Under the pieces are notes generated by a model, which did no database searches, had not been told where the DNA came from, and was given only the letters and a program-made list of their open reading frames with translations. DNA of 7,711 nt from positions 1-7,711 of the forward strand of contig NW_021828715.1 of the NCBI RefSeq assembly GCF_006345805.1, read 5' to 3'. Positions 7,058-7,711 of the stretch are shown here, piece after piece. Within the stretch, counting starts at the first letter, position 1. Every line of letters begins with the position of its first letter. Made by a program: the position numbers and the translations under genes. Source of the DNA: Octopus sinensis (taxonomy: Eukaryota).

Positions 7058-7293
7058 AGCTATGATGCTCCCCCACTACTCCTGTACGTGATCAGAGATG
7101 AACTAATTCTCAGCCACAAAGGGACATGCTCAACTGGTCAAGTTCAAGCAACTAACAAGCAAATCTGTGGTACTGAGCAGAATATTTGCTGTAGTCCATC
7201 TTTTATACCAAGACAAAACATGTATATGATGTTAACTCTTCCAAGCAATTAAGATCAAAAGCCAGCCACTGGCTGGTACTGCATCAGAGTATT
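7058..7293 (-). repeat. Non-coding complex sequence abutting the LINE RT; possibly the 5' UTR of the same R4/Dong element
   Basis: Lies directly 5' of the RT fragment on the minus strand and contains TATAAAAG (revcomp of 7200-7207). It resembles a recurrent octopus repeat as I recall it. Single copy in this window, so repetitiveness is not shown here. Confidence 0.4.
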
Positions 7294-7456
7294 TTCGCCC
7301 GACGTTACGATCTGAGTCCAAATTCCACCGAGGTCAATTTTGCCTTTCACCCTTTCGGGGTCGATGAAATAAGTACCAGTTGAGCACTGAGAAGATGTAA
7401 TCGACTAGGCCCCGCTCCCTTAGATTTCAAGCATAGTAGAAGGGATTATTATTATT
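7289..7456 (+). mobile_element. SINE family A relative, copy 3: 5'-truncated, more diverged, different 3' tail ending in (ATT)n
   Basis: GTATTTTCGCCCGACGTTACGATCTGAGTCCAAATTCCACCGAGGTCAATTTTGCCTTTCACCCTTTCGGGGTCGATGAAATAAGTACCAGTT aligns with 709-800. The sequence after ATCGACT differs from copies 1 and 2. Followed by (ATT)n then (GTT)n to 7468. Confidence 0.85.
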
Positions 7457-7711
7457 GTTGTTGTTGTTGATATCAGTATTATTAATATCTACGGTGGGGG
7501 TCGAATACAAAAATTTAGGAACACCAGTTTGATATGCGCTGATAGTAGGGTAAGATAGGGGTCCCGATATGCGCCGATTGGCAGCGTTATATTAACCAAT
7601 TAGCCTTTCTGTTATTATTGTTTGTTGTTGAGGGTGGCTTTTAATTGTTTAATAAAAATGGCTTCTTTGATTCCTCGGTTTCCCGCTGTTCTGCACATTG
7701 TCTTTGATGGT

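Noticed and set aside
7495-7580. GGGGGTCGAATACAAAAATTTAGGAACACCAGT, faintly like a hAT/MITE end, plus a short direct repeat GATATGCGC.GAT (7531, 7566)
   Set aside because: No partner TIR or TSD in the window; too short and degenerate to support.

Overview
Repeat-dense, AT-rich, non-coding eukaryotic (animal) DNA, intronic or intergenic, with no intact protein-coding gene. The SINE families and the abundant CA/TG/TATG microsatellites resemble those of Octopus (coleoid cephalopod) genomes; this is from recall, not a search. The window holds three copies of one tRNA-derived SINE family (two near-full copies in inverted orientation) and two other tRNA-headed SINEs with CORE-like segments. It also has a TA-flanked mariner deletion derivative, a non-autonomous Helitron, a decayed RTE-type LINE RT fragment, and a decayed R4/Dong-type LINE RT fragment joined directly to a DD37D (maT) Tc1/mariner transposase relic with its TIR. 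An unclassified ~270-bp dispersed repeat with degenerate sub-repeats is also present. Nearly all ORFs in the track are microsatellite or transposon artefacts. I found no convincing novel biological system; the findings concern transposon junctions, modular SINEs and possible dsRNA formation.
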